A stretch of DNA of 63,012 nt, from NCBI GenBank assembly GCA_040220235.1, contig JAVJTO010000143.1. One strand, given 5' to 3'. Position numbers and translations under genes: made by a program. Origin of the DNA: Coleofasciculus sp. B1-GNL1-01 (GTDB lineage: Bacteria; Cyanobacteriota; Cyanobacteriia; Cyanobacteriales; Coleofasciculaceae). The notes below the pieces were generated by a model. That model had not been told where the DNA came from and searched no databases. It was given only the letters and a program-made list of their open reading frames with translations. Positions 59,301-63,012 of this stretch are shown here, piece after piece. How positions within the stretch are numbered: the first letter of the stretch is position 1; every line of letters starts with the position of its first letter.

Positions 59301-59605
59301 CGTTCTAATCCCGAAATATCCTGTAAATCCAGTTTGCCTAAGTTGACATCTTCAGCATTAATCTGATTAATTAAATGAGGCGTGTCTAAATAATTAGTCA
59401 GGCGTTCCTCAACCCGATTTGTCAGTTCGCGCTGTAATTGCCCAACCAACTCATTTACTGCCTTTTGCCCATTTTTAAACGACAGATAACCCACCAACCC
59501 TACCGCGCCCACAATTTGCAGAACAAAGGGGATAATGAGAACGGTTCTCAGGTTGATTTTTCTAGCACGTTTACGATTGAATAGGGTCAAAAGGCTGAGT
59601 AACAT
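56324..59605 (-). CDS. Hybrid sensor: Cache-HAMP-HisKA-HATPase-REC-SpoIIE (PP2C)
   Basis: SHELRTPL, DTGIGI, GTGLGL, REC LLDVMMP, PP2C motifs VGGDYYD, DVTGHG, LYTDGITEA, DDIT. Confidence 0.93.
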   Translation of the reverse strand: MLLSLLTLFNRKRARKINLRTVLIIPFVLQIVGAVGLVGYLSFKNGQKAVNELVGQLQRELTNRVEERLTNYLDTPHLINQINAEDVNLGKLDLQDISGLERHFWKQLRLFEQMSYIYVGTPQDVFSGAEQVPNQLPHVAYWTGNSANKGFKTYQTDAQGNRQKLLSVIPNYELQQRPWYLTAKDAKTPVWGDIYVWAAPYPNLALPAVRPIYNAQDELTAVFAVDLSLSAIGEFLRSLEIGKTGQIFIMEHNGLLVASSTKDSPFTQENEQINRLQAVESQNPLVREAALFLQDKFSEFNQITHPQHLDFTLEGKRQIVQVTPYQDEFGLDWLIVVVIPEVDFMAQINRNTRNTIALCIAALILSIAVGILLARWVTQPILRLNTAAKAIAQGEWDQTVEGQRSDEVGELAKSFNTMAKQLQGSFETLAQQNEELQRLDQLKDEFLANTSHELRTPLNGIIGIAESLMDGVTGDLPETTRNNLAMIVSSGRRLSSLVNDILDFAKLRHQHLDLQLKPVDLRSITDIVLMLSQPLITHKDVKLINAIPADLPAAQADENRLQQILHNLVGNAIKFTPSGQITVSAAVVSPPPSSTQNPDNPGQIILTVSDTGIGIPEDKLERIFVSFEQGEGTTAREYGGTGLGLAVTKHLVELHGGTIHVTSKLGEGSQFSVTLPLSNQSAEPQPPRQAIAETIGSEIPASVPPTTPQDSLSDSPGIHVLIVDDEPINLQVLRNNLSLQNYVITQANNGQEALELITNGLRPDIILLDVMMPKMTGYELTEKLRQRFNSTELPILLLTAKNQVQDIVTGLNSGANDYLSKPISKDELLARIQTHLNIKHLQAENLRLATELDVVRKMQQMVLPKASELDGIEGLEIAGFMESAEEVGGDYYDVLTDMGRVKIGIGDVTGHGLESGVLMIMAQTAIRTLQNSHETDPVRFLDILNRTLYANLQRMDCYKNMTLILIDYADGFITLSGQHEEIIVVRTDGRLEKIDTLDLGFPIGLDADIIEFIAQARIQLNSGDVVVLYTDGITEAENIHQSHYGLQRLCEIVQAHRHQSASEIRQIVIEDVRQYIGQQKVFDDITLLVLKQQ

Positions 59606-60189
59606 AATGGGGGAAAAGAGTCGATACTGTTCGGTTAAGGGAAGCGGGGGGAGCTGGGGAAGCTGGGGAAGCTGGGGGAGAAAAAATTAAATTAGGGTTT
59701 ATCCGAACAGTATTGACAGGGGAGTAAACTCACGCGCCATGTCATTGAATGAAGCGAAGGAGCAAAACCAGGTTCCCTTGAAGGTCGTGAAGGGTTCTCC
59801 CATCACCTTTTCCCTAATCCCCAATTTGACTATTGTGCATCAGGCGGCTTTTTCTGAGAATCCTCCCAAAAACTGATGAAATTGGATTCGTTTGAACATT
59901 AATGTCGCGCATTCGGAGTCCATAGTTCTTTAAAATTAGCTTGGTAAAGCTCAGTTTTATTCGCCTCACTTCCGTGATATAGAGTTAAACAGCTAGCCAT
60001 TCCATGAGACTTAATTTATAATTATTCTGGGTGTATTCTAGCACACCCCTAAGTATCGGGACATAAATCTTGTCCGCTGTACTAAGAAATATTAACAAGC
60101 CTCAATTCCTTACCATTCCCCGTTGCCTGTTCCTTCCTAATCTCAACCGTTAACTTTAATTGTGTCCATCCACTTAATCCTGACAATCA

Positions 60190-60657
60190 ATGAATTGTAT
60201 TGACTATTTCTGTAAACTTTTAGCTCGTCGAGAATATAGTGTGTTTGAACTCACGCAAAAAGCACAAACGAAAGGCTTTGATGCCCAAGATATTACTGAA
60301 TCTATTGAGAAGCTGAAACGCCTCAATTATCAATCGGATACTCGTTTTGTCGAAAGCATGATCACGTCCTATCGAGGCAAATATGGGAAAATAGTCATTA
60401 AACGCAAATGCCGAGATAAGGGAATTGATTCGGAGTTCTTTGAACAAATCTGGCAGTCTCAAACCGAGGACGAGGAAGACGGGGGAGAACTGGATGGTTT
60501 AAAAGCTAAGGTGATACGAAAGTATAAAATTACTGATTTTCATGATATTGATCCCAAAACCAAGCGGAAGCTATGGAATTACCTTCAGTATCGTGGGTTT
60601 AATCCGGGTGAAGTGTTAACCCAGTGGCAGAGGGAACAAGATGAAGATTTTGCTTAA
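60190..60657 (+). CDS. recX: Regulatory protein RecX
   Basis: LLARREYS..EL, YQSD.RF, L.YRGF. Confidence 0.85.
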   Translation: MNCIDYFCKLLARREYSVFELTQKAQTKGFDAQDITESIEKLKRLNYQSDTRFVESMITSYRGKYGKIVIKRKCRDKGIDSEFFEQIWQSQTEDEEDGGELDGLKAKVIRKYKITDFHDIDPKTKRKLWNYLQYRGFNPGEVLTQWQREQDEDFA

Positions 60658-60708
60658 AATAAACGATTCAATTAATCAATAGTACCATGGCGATCGAGGG
60701 TAAGTTTA

Positions 60709-61347
60709 ATGTTTGCTGTTATCACACCAGAAAAAATCCAGTTGCCTCCCGGAACAGTGGTGCGATTTCCCGGAAGCTGGCAAGACTATCAGATGCTAAG
60801 TCAACAATTGGGCGATCGCTCAATTCCTCGGCTTAAGTATCGATCAGGAGAAATTTTGTTGATGGCACCTTCACCAGAACATGGACGAAAAGTTAGTGTA
60901 ATTGCGGATGTGGTTAAAGTGTTGCTCGATTATCGGGGACAAGACTATGATACATTTACCCCCATTACCATGGAGTTGCCCGACGTAAGTGGCATTGAAC
61001 CAGACTACTGTTTTTATATTGAGAATTGGCAGGCAGTTTCTGGCAAAAATCGGATCAATTGGGGAGTCGAACCCTCGCCGGATTTGGTGATTGAAATAGA
61101 TGTAACGAGCTACACAGATGTGAATGACTATCTGCCGTATCAAGTGCCAGAGATTTGGTTATTTAAAAGCAATCAGCTAAGAATTTATAGTTTGCAAAGA
61201 GGTGAGTTTTATCAGGAGATGACTAACAGCCGCTATTTCCCAAACCTGAATATTAAAGAGATTATCGCTGAGTGTATGCAAGTTGCTTATGAGCGCAATA
61301 CAAGTGCGGCAATTCGCCAGTTACGACAGAAAGTAGCGAGTCTTTAA
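60709..61347 (+). CDS. Uma2-family endonuclease
   Basis: LMAPSPEH, EPDYCFY, PDLVIEID, VPEIW. Confidence 0.92.
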   Translation: MFAVITPEKIQLPPGTVVRFPGSWQDYQMLSQQLGDRSIPRLKYRSGEILLMAPSPEHGRKVSVIADVVKVLLDYRGQDYDTFTPITMELPDVSGIEPDYCFYIENWQAVSGKNRINWGVEPSPDLVIEIDVTSYTDVNDYLPYQVPEIWLFKSNQLRIYSLQRGEFYQEMTNSRYFPNLNIKEIIAECMQVAYERNTSAAIRQLRQKVASL

Positions 61348-61617
61348 ACAATGAACGTAAGTTCTGTACATATTCCTCAAACCCTGACAAAGTACCTGGA
61401 CATAAATTCTGTCCGCACAAATGACGAATGACGATCCTCACTGTTAACTTTAATTTTTCACACCTACTGATAAACTCGTCTCCATTATGTTCAGCGCCAC
61501 TTTTTAAGAGAGCAGCCGCAAATAAGCCATTCTCTAGAGAAGGAAACTGAAATGTGCCTTGGTTGATCGCCCGGTTTACTCTTTATAATTTAATCAGTTG
61601 TTTCCTCAATCGTCATA

Positions 61618-62073
61618 ATGAGCCTCAAAGACCGCATCTCTGAAGATATCAAAGTCGCGATGAAGGCGAAAGATAAAATTTGGCTGGAAACGGTTCGCAG
61701 CATCAAAAAGCTGATTTTGGAAAAAGAGGTCAGCTTGCGCCCTCAAGGACAAGAGACACTCACCGAAACTCAGGAACTTGAACTCTTAGCCCAACTTGCC
61801 AAACAGCGTCGGGATTCAATGGAACAGTATCGTAACGCTGGACGGGAAGACTTGGCGGAACAAGAAGCCAAAGAGTTAGCCATACTTGAAAAGTATCTCC
61901 CTTCTCCCCTATCCGATCAGGAAATTGAAGCGATACTGGATGAAATTATTACCCAAACTGGCGCAAGTTCGATGAAAGACATGGGGAAAGTCATGGGACC
62001 CGCCATGGACAAACTCAAAGGGCGTGCTGAAGGTCGTAAGATTCAAGCTATGGTGAAAGCTAAACTGAGTTGA
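61618..62073 (+). CDS. GatB/YqeY domain protein
   Basis: AMKAKD, KQRRDS.EQY..AGREDLA, KDMGKVMG. Confidence 0.95.
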   Translation: MSLKDRISEDIKVAMKAKDKIWLETVRSIKKLILEKEVSLRPQGQETLTETQELELLAQLAKQRRDSMEQYRNAGREDLAEQEAKELAILEKYLPSPLSDQEIEAILDEIITQTGASSMKDMGKVMGPAMDKLKGRAEGRKIQAMVKAKLS

Positions 62074-62188
62074 TAAGTTGTCATTTGTCATTTGTCATTT
62101 GTCAGAGAACGGGGAACAGGTAAGATAGAGTTTTAAGTTAACTTCCTCATCACTCCATCTCCCCATCTCCCTCCATCGGACTATCACG

Positions 62189-62815
62189 ATGCAAAAAATT
62201 CCAGATTATATTCTATTTGCTCAACACGGCTGGGCGGATACAGAAGTCGCGATCGCGGAAATGGCGCAAACTCTGGCGACTCCCCAAACACTGGTGATTA
62301 CACCCAATCTAGGTTGGTGGAAAACCTGGTGGCGGATTAAGCCGTTAATCAAGCAGGTGGACGGAATTGCTACGGAAATAATTGCCAAGTATCCCCAAAC
62401 CCCGATCCGGATTATTGGTTATTCCCTTGGTGGATTAATCTGGGTAGAACTCCTCAACCAACATCCTGAATGGTGGACTCAGGTGGAGTCGTTTGTTCTC
62501 GTGGCTTCTCCTATTGGGGGGGTGGATTTAGCCCGAAATTTTACGTTCTTGGGAATGGGTGTCGGGATAGCCGGGGCTTTGTTGAACAATCGCCGCCAGA
62601 TGGCGGAATCCATTGCTAAAGTGATTCCCACGTTAGTGATTGCGGGCGATGTTGGTGGCGGAACAGATGGTGCAGTCACTCTAGAAGAAACGAAGGTTCC
62701 CGGTGCGAATTTCTTCTATCTCCCTACCTTATCCCATCCCACCCTAAAAAATCATCCGGCTGTAGCGGAAGTGATTCGCGACTTTTGGCAAAATCCCGTA
62801 ATAATTGATGGTTAA
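62189..62815 (+). CDS. Alpha/beta hydrolase
   Basis: QHGW oxyanion motif, GYSLGG nucleophile elbow, DG.V, terminal His. Confidence 0.88.
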   Translation: MQKIPDYILFAQHGWADTEVAIAEMAQTLATPQTLVITPNLGWWKTWWRIKPLIKQVDGIATEIIAKYPQTPIRIIGYSLGGLIWVELLNQHPEWWTQVESFVLVASPIGGVDLARNFTFLGMGVGIAGALLNNRRQMAESIAKVIPTLVIAGDVGGGTDGAVTLEETKVPGANFFYLPTLSHPTLKNHPAVAEVIRDFWQNPVIIDG

Positions 62816-63012
62816 TTCGTCATTTGTTATTTACATTCTTTAATGGTTAATTAATGATTAGTCAGGAGGAAACTGGACTTTAGACTATGAGGTCTGTGTT
62901 GAGTTTATTAATCAGCCTGGGTGCGCTCGCCGTAACCAAGTATGTGGGAAAGGGAATCAAGTCATATCGGCGAGTGTGCCCAGGCTATTTATTAGAGCTG
63001 CCTATATAGGGC

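Noticed and set aside
48225..61347. Two Uma2 nucleases as possible defence genes
   Set aside because: Highly expanded family in cyanobacteria; solitary here with no defence context
1..63012. High frequency of GCGATCGC
   Set aside because: HIP1, a well-known cyanobacterial feature; used only as a taxonomic clue

Overview
Chromosomal window from a filamentous cyanobacterium (inferred from abundant HIP1 GCGATCGC sites, heptamer STRR tandem repeats, REP/MITE-rich intergenic DNA and cyanobacterial gene orders such as amiC-murI and ssb/mreBCD). The first ~13.5 kb is a type III-B variant CRISPR-Cas locus: HD-less cas10/cmr2, cmr3, cmr4, cmr5, a cmr6-cmr1 fusion and a translationally coupled Csm6-like CARF-HEPN effector. 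These are followed by two arrays with the same 36-nt repeat (9 and 10 spacers), each behind a copy of the same 275-bp leader, with an HTH-WYL gene between them. No cas1, cas2 or cas6 is visible in the window. The rest is mostly housekeeping, signalling and metabolic genes, including a four-gene membrane glycosylation cluster and three tandem GH13 alpha-glucosidases. Most notable observations: (1) many spacers are hairpins, and several have A-C mismatches that become G-U pairs on the target strand, suggesting a highly structured RNA target; (2) Cmr4 lacks the canonical His/Asp residues and Cas10 lacks HD, so defence may depend wholly on cOA signalling; (3) an unannotated three-hairpin sRNA candidate with a duplicated 20-nt motif lies just downstream of array 2. 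All calls are by eye; no searches or folding programs were run.
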